From Bdellovibrionota bacterium (GTDB lineage Bacteria > Bdellovibrionota_C > UBA2361 > JBIKWN01): 16,878 nucleotides of DNA. Location: the NCBI GenBank assembly GCA_044356295.1, contig JBIKWN010000054.1, positions 1-16,878 of the forward strand. The letters are read 5' to 3'. A program made the translations under genes and the position numbers. The notes under the pieces were generated by a model that saw only the letters and a list, made by a program, of their open reading frames with translations, did not search any database and was not told the origin of the DNA. Positions 1 to 7,554 of the stretch are shown here, piece after piece; position 1 is the stretch's first letter, and every line of letters begins with the position of its first letter.

Positions 1-1
1 A

Positions 2-736
2 TGCCCAGCAGCAGATCTGTTAAGAATCGGTGCCACTGCACTAGTCATTCAAGGCTTTGAGGAGCGATCTATCACTCCGCTCAGATACGATTACTTCAAG
101 TCGCTTGAGGACTTAACTAATATCAGCGAATCTAAATCAAATTGGTTGTTAGAAGGAACGCGCCCAAAACCAATGCTTGCTCTTTCTGTTCAAGAATATT
201 TCCTTAAGCAGGTAAAGAGTAATTTAAAAACGATGTCCCCACTGCGGCAGTTCTTTATTAATTTATGGGAAGAGGGTTTGTATCGACTTTCGCATAACGA
301 CCCAGATAAGTTAATTGGCTTTAACGACTGGGCAACGAAGCGTTGGCTCATTGGACTGCAGGCAAAAGAGAATCAGTGTAGTGTTTTTGATCCACCGTGC
401 CTTGCCATCGATAATGAATATCACGAAATGCAATTTGGTGTTGAATCACTTTTTGATTTCCTACAAAACGATGGAACTATTTTGCACCAAATTCCGCAAA
501 AGCATATCAATCATGCTGCCAAGTATCCTCCAAAAAACACTAGAGCACATGCTCGTTCAGTTTTATTAAAGGAGTTTCAAGACTCATGGAGTTTTAGATT
601 ATCAGTCGATTGGGATGAAGCTGTAATTAATCGAATTGGGAGCGATCAGTCAATGATTCCAATGCAAACTATTAGTATGCCAGACCCAAGAAATAGATAT
701 GTCTACAAAGCAAGAAAAGCAATCCGGCAGGTTTAA
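2..736 (+). CDS. Pup-protein ligase/deamidase (PafA/Dop) family protein, C-terminal portion (5' end outside window)
   Basis: The frame is open from position 2, upstream of the track's TTG at 146: CPAADLLRIGATALVIQGFEE resembles PafA/Dop 'LKxGxTxLVLxxxE'. Further family motifs follow in the expected order: NDWATKRWL (DWxxK), LAIDNEYHEM (DLxYHD), AAKYPPKNTRAHARS (PPxxTRAxxRG), SVDWD, ISMPDP. PafA versus Dop cannot be decided without the N-terminus. Confidence 0.85.
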   Translation, partial: CPAADLLRIGATALVIQGFEERSITPLRYDYFKSLEDLTNISESKSNWLLEGTRPKPMLALSVQEYFLKQVKSNLKTMSPLRQFFINLWEEGLYRLSHNDPDKLIGFNDWATKRWLIGLQAKENQCSVFDPPCLAIDNEYHEMQFGVESLFDFLQNDGTILHQIPQKHINHAAKYPPKNTRAHARSVLLKEFQDSWSFRLSVDWDEAVINRIGSDQSMIPMQTISMPDPRNRYVYKARKAIRQV

Positions 737-1398
737 TTTTTCTTACTAAATTTCAGATAAAGCAACCAAATACCCTGAAGAAGTAACATCAGAGCTAGGG
801 CACCTACAAACCAATAAACTATATATACTTTATTGGCAGATATCTCTGGATCAGGAGGTGGATATTTTAATACAACGCTTTTTGCGATCTTTTCAAGAAT
901 TGGAAGAGTACTAGCGAGGGCATCCCTGTCGTTTACCATCGTTAAAATGAAATATCTTTCTTTTGAAGGAAAAACAAACACCCCTGCTGCAACGGGACGC
1001 TGGTTGTGGACATACAGAATTTTTCCAAAGAAAACGTCACGACCCGCAAGTTTACGCTTTTCGCCGTACTCAGCCTCGGCATCAACAAAACCTACTGCTC
1101 GGTAACTATCAACTACTTCGTTTCGTATTTCACTCATCGTTCTGTCAGCGACTTTTGCATTACCAATCTGCTGCACCACCGTCACCGTAGGGAAATAGCC
1201 TTGATTTGGACGAGCGATAAAAATGACATCGCCTGAGTCTTTCTTTTCGATAGTGAATGAATCAGGGAAGCTAAGAGAGATTCCAAGCTTGTTATCCGAA
1301 TACGTTGTATCTTGAGAAACAGCCGAAAAAGCCACAAAAAACAGGGCAATTACAGGTAGATAGAGAGATACATATTTTTTAGGGTGAGTGAAAAACAT
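733..1398 (-). CDS. Hypothetical exported protein, PsbP/DcrB-like fold, with C-terminal TM anchor
   Basis: 221 aa. Signal-peptide-like N-terminus (…LFFVAFSAVS|QD). 'TYSDNKLGISLSFPDSF' is typical of PsbP-like starts, and 'YFILTM…LEKIAKSV' fits the fold's end. A Pro linker precedes a hydrophobic helix and basic tail (KFSKKN). The stop overlaps the convergent PafA-like stop in TTAA at 733-736. Confidence 0.55.
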   Translation of the reverse strand: MFFTHPKKYVSLYLPVIALFFVAFSAVSQDTTYSDNKLGISLSFPDSFTIEKKDSGDVIFIARPNQGYFPTVTVVQQIGNAKVADRTMSEIRNEVVDSYRAVGFVDAEAEYGEKRKLAGRDVFFGKILYVHNQRPVAAGVFVFPSKERYFILTMVNDRDALASTLPILEKIAKSVVLKYPPPDPEISANKVYIVYWFVGALALMLLLQGIWLLYLKFSKKN

Positions 1399-1516
1399 AG
1401 ACTCATGCTACCGATTTCAGACACAGAACCGCAACTTGTTTTTAAGCACAAGAGGAAAAAGGCGATTTTTCAAGGGAATTTTAATTATTTTTTATTTAAA
1501 TAACTTAAATTTTATA

Positions 1517-1546
1517 TTGCGCTCTTGTCACAGATCTCACTATTAT
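1517..1546 (+). promoter_or_regulatory. Candidate sigma70 promoter for the HU gene
   Basis: TTGCGC(1517-1522)-N18-TATTAT(1541-1546), preceded by a very AT-rich tract (about 1478-1516) resembling an UP element. Confidence 0.35.
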
Positions 1547-1609
1547 CGCGAAAATAGAGGTTTTTGCTCTGAAAAAATTTTAACGTTAACTCAAAGGAGA
1601 TTAAACATT

Positions 1610-2038
1610 ATGGCTAAAAAGCCAGTAAAAAAAGCAGCTCCTAAAAAAGCTGCACCAAAGAAAACCGTAAAAGCTGCTGCTCCTAAAGCTGCTGCTGCAA
1701 AACCTATCGTTCAGAAGGTACAAGTTGCGAGTCGTCCAAAAAATGGTTCGACTAACAGCTACACTTATTCTGAGTTCGTAGAGAATGTTAAGAACTATTG
1801 CGGTATTGAAAAGCGTGCTCAAGCAAAGACTATGGTTGATGATCTTGCATCATTCATCCGTGATTCTTTAAAGAAAGGTTACAAGCTTCCACTTCTTGGA
1901 CTTGGAAAACTTTATGTAAGAGAAAGCAAAGCTCGTATGGCACGTAACCCACAGACTGGTGAAGAAATTCGCATACCAGCTCGTAAGCGTGTACGTTTCA
2001 CTCCTGCTAAAGCACTTAAAGAGCATGTATTGAAATAA
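1610..2038 (+). CDS. hup: HU-family DNA-binding protein with N-terminal Lys/Ala/Pro-rich (histone H1-like) extension
   Basis: SD AAGGAGA at 1594-1600 precedes ATG 1610 (142 aa). HU/IHF arm motif 'GLGKLYVRESKARMARNPQTGEEIRIPARKRVRFTPAKALKE'. N-terminus MAKKPVKKAAPKKAAPKKTVKAAAPKAAAAKP. Confidence 0.9.
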   Translation: MAKKPVKKAAPKKAAPKKTVKAAAPKAAAAKPIVQKVQVASRPKNGSTNSYTYSEFVENVKNYCGIEKRAQAKTMVDDLASFIRDSLKKGYKLPLLGLGKLYVRESKARMARNPQTGEEIRIPARKRVRFTPAKALKEHVLK

Positions 2039-2064
2039 TCGTTTGAGTTTCTCGAAACGAAAGG

Positions 2065-2100
2065 AAGGACTGGTCAGAAATGACTAGTCCTTTTTTTATT
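2065..2100 (+). terminator. Rho-independent terminator after hup, probably bidirectional
   Basis: Stem AAGGACTGGTCA (2065-2076), loop GAAA, stem TGACTAGTCCTT (2081-2092; one G-U), then a T tract. A second weaker hairpin TCGTTTGAG-TTT-CTCGAAACGA lies at 2039-2060. It sits between convergent transcription units. Confidence 0.85.
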
Positions 2101-2114
2101 CTTTGATAAAAAAT

Positions 2115-2171
2115 TTAATCCTTCAAGTAAACAAGTGGTGAAGTTTCATCAATAGTAAAATCAAAAACCAT
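2115..2171 (-). CDS. Candidate small ORF, 18 aa (MVFDFTIDETSPLVYLKD)
   Basis: Minus-strand TAGGAGG (2182-2176), 4 nt, ATG (2171), TAA (2117-2115). It lies downstream of der and ends just before the terminator hairpin. Confidence 0.35.
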   Translation of the reverse strand: MVFDFTIDETSPLVYLKD

Positions 2172-2281
2172 ACAGCCTCCTAGGTATTTTTAAGTTACAA
2201 ATAGGTATGAACCTAAATGCAAAAAAACAACCTAAGTCAGAACGTCTGTTCTAATTGACGATTTTAGCCGAAATTTAGCTA

Positions 2282-3643
2282 TTATTTAACGTCGCCCTCT
2301 TCTCCTCTTTTACGAAGAGAAAGTTTCAAATCTGTCCCAGAAAAAGGAAACGACTCACGGAGCGTGTTTTTAATATATCGTTGATACGAGAAATTAAGCT
2401 TATCCGGGTAGTTTAAAAACAATACGATTTCCGGCGGAGCGCTAGAAGCCTGTGTTGCAAAAAGTAGCTTAATTGGCTGCCCTCGAAATACAGGAGGTGG
2501 TTTACGCTCCCACGCTACCGAGAGAATCTTATTTAATTTCGAAGTTTGGATTCTGTGCGTCCAGTTTCCATATACTTCTTTTGCGGTTTCTAAAATAGAA
2601 GGACACCGTCTTCCGGTTTCTGCTGACACAAATAATATTGGAGCATAACGAGCGAACTTAAATACTTCGTAAATACCTTCAGTGTACTCTTTAACTGATT
2701 TATGATCTTTTTCAACAAGATCCCATTTATTCATTACCAAGATAAGCCCCCTGCCGCGTTCTTGGGCAAGACCTGCAATCTTTGCATCTTGTTCTGTCGG
2801 AAGTCCTTGAGAAGCATCCATCACCATCACGGCTACATCGCATGAGGCAAGAGAGGTTAATGCATGAAGATTCGCATAACGCTCAACTGTTTGTTCATCA
2901 ACTTTATTTTTCTTTCTCAGTCCTGCGGTATCTACAATCTGATACTTCTGACCATCACGTGTAATCATGATATCGATACTGTCTCTTGTTGTTCCTGCAA
3001 TATCTGAAGTGATTAATCGCTTCTCACCAAGGATACGATTGATAATAGAAGACTTTCCAACGTTTGGTTTACCAATAATGGCAAGTTTTATTGCGCCAGT
3101 TTTTGTTTTTTCGTGAGGTTCGATCTCTTGAGGATTAATATCAAGAATATCTCGTATTTCATCTACTAGCTCAGGAATCCCAACGCCGTGTGCTGCACTT
3201 ACAAAGTTAGCTTCAGGAACTCCGAGTCGGTAAAACTCATTTGCAGAAACTTGTACATCTGGCTTTTCACACTTATTGATAACGTAAATAACTTTCTTAC
3301 CAGATCGTCTCATTTTTTTAACGATCTCTTTATCATGGGCATGCGGGCCAGCAATTCCATCAAACAACACAATAGAAACATCAGCTTCTTCAATTGCAAT
3401 ACGTGCCTGCTCTTGTACTTCGTCTTCGAGCCCACTTCCTTCTTCACCGATCATTCCACCGGTATCGATCAAGGTAAAAGGAAACTCAAAGCGACTAACA
3501 TAGCCGTAATGTCTATCACGAGTAACGCCAGCAATATCTTCAACAATTGAAACTCGGTGACCAACAAGGGCATTAAATAATGTAGATTTTCCAACATTTG
3601 TTCTTCCCACAATTGCGATTGTAGGGATTTTTGTAAAGTTCAT
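2282..3643 (-). CDS. der: Ribosome biogenesis GTPase Der (EngA)
   Basis: Two tandem GTPase domains: GRTNVGKS/GVTRD/DTGG/NKCE and GKPNVGKS/GTTRD/DTAG/NKWD, plus a C-terminal KH-like domain (SYQRYIKNTLRESFPFSGT). Confidence 0.97.
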   Translation of the reverse strand: MNFTKIPTIAIVGRTNVGKSTLFNALVGHRVSIVEDIAGVTRDRHYGYVSRFEFPFTLIDTGGMIGEEGSGLEDEVQEQARIAIEEADVSIVLFDGIAGPHAHDKEIVKKMRRSGKKVIYVINKCEKPDVQVSANEFYRLGVPEANFVSAAHGVGIPELVDEIRDILDINPQEIEPHEKTKTGAIKLAIIGKPNVGKSSIINRILGEKRLITSDIAGTTRDSIDIMITRDGQKYQIVDTAGLRKKNKVDEQTVERYANLHALTSLASCDVAVMVMDASQGLPTEQDAKIAGLAQERGRGLILVMNKWDLVEKDHKSVKEYTEGIYEVFKFARYAPILFVSAETGRRCPSILETAKEVYGNWTHRIQTSKLNKILSVAWERKPPPVFRGQPIKLLFATQASSAPPEIVLFLNYPDKLNFSYQRYIKNTLRESFPFSGTDLKLSLRKRGEEGDVK

Positions 3644-3647
3644 AGCT

Positions 3648-4370
3648 CTATTTTTCCTTTTTAGCAGACATCTTTTTTAAGTGAGCAAGAGCCATTGATG
3701 CTGCCTCTGCTTGAGATGATTTTTTTGTTGCGCCTTTACCTGTTCCGAATACTTTATCGTTAATAAGTACAGAAGAAATAAAACTTGGTGCATGTTCAGG
3801 ACCAGCAACGGTATCAAGTCGATATATCGGTGCATCCATTGCTAAGGCATGAAGTACTTCTTGAAGTTCAGTCTTAGGATCCGTTGGAGAAACTTTCTTT
3901 ATCAGATCATAAAAGATGGTATCGATCACATCTTTTGCTTCGTTGTATCCACCGTCTCGGTAAATTGCTCCAAAAAGAGCTTCAACAACATCTGCTAGAA
4001 GTGATGGTCTTTCTTTTCCGCCAGTGCTTTCCTCACTCTTACTGACTCGTACAAACGCACTCAGCTCAAGAGAATGTGCAATTGAGGCAAGGTTCTGAGT
4101 GTTGACAAGAGCTGCTCTCATTTTTGAAAGATCCCCTTCTTTATGTTCGGGATACTCGTCTAACAGCAGATGAGCGATAGCAAGGTCTAATACTGCATCA
4201 CCAAGGTATTCAAGTCGTTCGTAGTCTTTTTTTTCGCCTCGTTGTTGTAGCGATCGATGCGTCAATGCAGACTCAAGAAGGTCTTTTCTTTTAAATCGAT
4301 ACCCAATCTTTTTTTGCAAAACATCGAGTGGCGACTTCTTAACTGATTTTTTGGCTTTAACTTCAGCCAT
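3648..4370 (-). CDS. rnc: Ribonuclease III
   Basis: ALTHRS, signature ERLEYLGDAVL, ADVVEALFGAIY, dsRBD DPKTELQE…GPEHAPSF…GKGATKKSSQAEAA. Likely start is ATG 4370 (MAEVKAKK; GGAGG upstream), overlapping the mnmA stop by 8 nt. Confidence 0.96.
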   Translation of the reverse strand: MAEVKAKKSVKKSPLDVLQKKIGYRFKRKDLLESALTHRSLQQRGEKKDYERLEYLGDAVLDLAIAHLLLDEYPEHKEGDLSKMRAALVNTQNLASIAHSLELSAFVRVSKSEESTGGKERPSLLADVVEALFGAIYRDGGYNEAKDVIDTIFYDLIKKVSPTDPKTELQEVLHALAMDAPIYRLDTVAGPEHAPSFISSVLINDKVFGTGKGATKKSSQAEAASMALAHLKKMSAKKEK

Positions 4371-5463
4371 TGACGATTCTTCCTCCCCCAAAAACCTCTT
4401 CGTTCTCTAGGTCATAGAGAACACATGCTTGACCTGGAGACACCGTGCTCCAGTCATCTAAGAAGCTTATTCTAGCAGTTTTATCCTCTGAAGGAACGAC
4501 GGTAACCTTAACTCCTTTATGTCGATGACGAAGCTGTGCGAGGGCTTCAAAGGCCACTCCTGCAGGACGATCGTACGGGGCAACCCAGCTTAGGTCCTTT
4601 ATGAGGAACTCCCTTCTTTCAAGTTCATGTTTTTCACCAGCTATAACGAGGTTGTTATATGGGTCAATTTCGAGGACATACAGTGGATTTTCGTGACCGC
4701 CAATTTTAAGCCCTCGTCTCTGTCCGACGGTAAATCTATCGATTCCATCATGAGTTGCTAATACTTTGCCCGAACGAGTAACTATTTGACCTTCAGGTTT
4801 TTTGCCTCCAATTGAGACTAGAAAATCTTGCACAGAACCAGAAACAAAACAGATATCTTGGCTCTCTGGTTTTGAATGAGTAGCAAGTCCTGCTTCTTTA
4901 GCAAGTTCTCGAACTTCTGGTTTTGTTAAATCGCCAACAGGAAATAGTGTTTCGGATAGTTCTGTTTGTTTTGAGCCGTAGAGAAAATAGCTTTGATCTT
5001 TCTCAAGATCTTTTCCTCGTAACAGATGCCAGCCTGCATCGCTTTGTTTAACACGCGCATAGTGACCCGTTGCAACATGAGAACAACCAAAAGCTTTTGC
5101 ACGATCTCTAAGCTCTCTGAATTTTACTTTATTATTGCACTCGATACACGGATTTGGTGTTTCGCCCCTCGCATATGTTTGAACGAAGGTATCAATAACT
5201 TCTTTTCTAAATGTTTTTTCAAAATCAAAAACGTAATAAGGAATACCCACTTTTGCAGCAACTTTGCGTGCATCAGTAAAATCATCAGGCGCGCAACATG
5301 TTGCACGAGTACAGCTTCCACCGTTATTTCGGTAATCCCAAACTTGCATAGAAATTCCAACACAAGGAATTCCTTGTTTAGCAAGAAGCAGTGCTGCTAC
5401 TGAAGAATCAACTCCACCTGACATTGCAACAACAGTACGATTTGGTTGTAAGCTTTCACTCAT
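4363..5463 (-). CDS. mnmA: tRNA-specific 2-thiouridylase MnmA
   Basis: PP-loop AMSGGVDSS, PNPCIECN, ATGHYAR, KDQSYFL, SQDICF, FTVGQRRGL, SPGQACVLY. Confidence 0.97.
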   Translation of the reverse strand: MSESLQPNRTVVAMSGGVDSSVAALLLAKQGIPCVGISMQVWDYRNNGGSCTRATCCAPDDFTDARKVAAKVGIPYYVFDFEKTFRKEVIDTFVQTYARGETPNPCIECNNKVKFRELRDRAKAFGCSHVATGHYARVKQSDAGWHLLRGKDLEKDQSYFLYGSKQTELSETLFPVGDLTKPEVRELAKEAGLATHSKPESQDICFVSGSVQDFLVSIGGKKPEGQIVTRSGKVLATHDGIDRFTVGQRRGLKIGGHENPLYVLEIDPYNNLVIAGEKHELERREFLIKDLSWVAPYDRPAGVAFEALAQLRHRHKGVKVTVVPSEDKTARISFLDDWSTVSPGQACVLYDLENEEVFGGGRIVNG

Positions 5464-6659
5464 TATGCTGCATCCTTTGCTTGCATTGTGTAATAAGCAG
5501 ACGCGATTCGCTTCACAGCCAACTCAATATCTTGTTCTGATAAATAATGATGAACACTAAAGCGAACAGTTTGAAGGGCATCTTTCTCAGAAAAACCATG
5601 AGCCAACAAGACTGGGGAAGCAGAGATTTTTCCAGAGCTACATGCCGAACCGCTGGATGCAAAAACACCATTTAAATCTAATGCAACAACCATGTCGCTG
5701 GTTGCAATTCCAGGAAAGAGAACACTTACGGTATTACCTATCGTGTTGTCTTTTGAGAAATTGATAACCACTTCAGGAATTGAGGCTTTTAGAAGTTCTG
5801 TAAAGCGTTTTGCATTCTCTCTTAGTTTGGCTTGACGAGAATCACCTTCATCGATCAAAGCTCTGACAGCTTCACCAAAAGAAAAAATTCCAATCACATT
5901 CTCTGTACCTGGACGTCTTCTTGTTTCTTGTGGTCCACCAACAAGAACTGGATCAATTGAAACACCGTCTTTCATAACGACGGCGCCTACTCCCGAAAGT
6001 CCACCAATTTTATGAGCACTAATACTCATATAATCAACGTCTAGTTCTTGGAAATCTATTTTTTGTTTACCAAAAAGTTGTACTGCATCAGTGTGACAAA
6101 GAATTTTAGGATTCTTTAACTTAGCTTCTTTAAAAATCTGTTGTATCGGAAGACATACACCTGTTTCGTTATTGACAGCCATTACTGAAATTAGTTTTGT
6201 TTTATCAGTAACTTTATTAATAAAATCTTCGACATGAAATTGTGAATCAGATCTTGGTGAAATCACCGACAGTGTAACGCCGAGTGATTCTAAGCGTTTT
6301 GCAACTTCCATAACGGCCGGATGTTCGACTGCTGAAATAATCAGTTCAGGAATAAATCCATTATGTCTTTCGGTATTGATGTAGCTCCAAAATGGAGACA
6401 TTAAAACTGAATTATTAGACTCAGTAGCACCAGAGGTAAAAGCAATAGATGCCTTTGGCGCTGAAATGGCCTGTCTAATCAAGTCTCTGGCGGTTTCAAT
6501 TATCATTCGAGATAATTGACCACCCTGATGTATTGAGCTTGGATTGAAAAAATCCATATCAAGGCAGTGCAAAGCCTTCCTGACCGAAGGGTGTATCGGA
6601 TAGGAGGCATTACTATCTAGATTAATAAACCCTGATTCAACAGGGGGACAAGTTGTCAT
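5463..6659 (-). CDS. iscS: Cysteine desulfurase, IscS/NifS group I
   Basis: NPSS, FTSGATESNN, VEHPAV, NNETG, HTDAVQ, PLP lysine SAHKIGG, catalytic SSGSACSS. TAATG stop/start overlap with mnmA. Confidence 0.9.
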   Translation of the reverse strand: MTTCPPVESGFINLDSNASYPIHPSVRKALHCLDMDFFNPSSIHQGGQLSRMIIETARDLIRQAISAPKASIAFTSGATESNNSVLMSPFWSYINTERHNGFIPELIISAVEHPAVMEVAKRLESLGVTLSVISPRSDSQFHVEDFINKVTDKTKLISVMAVNNETGVCLPIQQIFKEAKLKNPKILCHTDAVQLFGKQKIDFQELDVDYMSISAHKIGGLSGVGAVVMKDGVSIDPVLVGGPQETRRRPGTENVIGIFSFGEAVRALIDEGDSRQAKLRENAKRFTELLKASIPEVVINFSKDNTIGNTVSVLFPGIATSDMVVALDLNGVFASSGSACSSGKISASPVLLAHGFSEKDALQTVRFSVHHYLSEQDIELAVKRIASAYYTMQAKDAA

Positions 6660-6720
6660 AAAGAAGCCCTATTTTAGCAAAAGCACGGCCGTAAAGGAAA
6701 AGAGGCAAATCTATCTGTTT

Positions 6721-7440
6721 TTAACCTGTTTTCTGGGTACTTAGACGAGCGGATTCAGGAAGGAGCTTTCCATCGAGTAAAGATTCAATCTCTTCCATCG
6801 AACATGCCTCATCACGGTCAAGAGTTAAATATGGAATCTCTGCTGCTTTCAGAACGTCTTTCACAAATATTAAAGAGTCACTGTTAACCTTGGATTTAAC
6901 AGAGATTGCAAGTCGAATTTTCAGTGAATGCCTGTCAATCAGAACATACTGAACACCATGATTGCGAAGTCGTTTTAATAAATGAACTGAAACAGATTTT
7001 TCAGTTGTATCAACGAGTCGAGAAAGAACTACATTAGGGATGACTAGAAAACGACCTTTTGCATATTGATTTAGATTCAAGAATAGCGATTTATCTTTCG
7101 AGTCTAAAAAAGCTTTCTTAGCTGTTACTGGAATAATTATATCTTCTTCTGGTTCAGTAGGACCTTGATATGAGTCTTGGTAATGTTTCGTTATTTGAGG
7201 CGAATCAGTATCTGATAAAACAAAAGCTCCCCCCATCAGTGGTGGATGGTTTTCTTTTTGTAGTGCATCTTGATCCTTAATTTGAATTTCACTAATTGTT
7301 TTTTTAGGAACAGGAAGGATCATGTAGATAAGAAATATTGCTATGCCAAAGAATGTTACGATCCAGGACATTTGGATAAGTGACATACTCATCGCATATA
7401 AGAGCGAGGTCAAAACAATATCTTGAATCCTTTCGAGCAT
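6721..7440 (-). CDS. Membrane-anchored protein with degenerate DUF2726-like domain
   Basis: N-terminal hydrophobic segment(s) (…WIVTFFGIAIFLIYMILP). The C-terminal half follows the DUF2726 pattern: FL…LF..L…VIPNVVLSRLV…QYVLID…RLAISV…KDVLKAAEIPYL. Confidence 0.6.
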   Translation of the reverse strand: MLERIQDIVLTSLLYAMSMSLIQMSWIVTFFGIAIFLIYMILPVPKKTISEIQIKDQDALQKENHPPLMGGAFVLSDTDSPQITKHYQDSYQGPTEPEEDIIIPVTAKKAFLDSKDKSLFLNLNQYAKGRFLVIPNVVLSRLVDTTEKSVSVHLLKRLRNHGVQYVLIDRHSLKIRLAISVKSKVNSDSLIFVKDVLKAAEIPYLTLDRDEACSMEEIESLLDGKLLPESARLSTQKTG

Positions 7441-7554
7441 ATATCTTCACTAACCTATACAAAAAGTCCGCTCTACTCAATTTAAAAATATCCTAAATTG
7501 AAAAAATAACGTTAAAACAGTGGAATAACTTAAAAATTGGTCGATACTATCTAT

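Noticed and set aside
146..148. Track start (TTG 146) for the first ORF
   Set aside because: The frame is open to the window edge and the upstream translation contains a PafA/Dop motif, so the gene starts outside the window.
1388..1609. 74-codon N-terminal extension of the HU ORF
   Set aside because: It runs through an AT-rich divergent promoter region and overlaps the opposite gene's start. The strong SD supports ATG 1610.
1613..1702. Tandem nucleotide repeats (AAAAAAGCwGCwCC) as a repeat array or CRISPR
   Set aside because: They are degenerate codon-level repeats encoding the KKAAP tail, with no spacers. No CRISPR array or IS ends were seen in the window.
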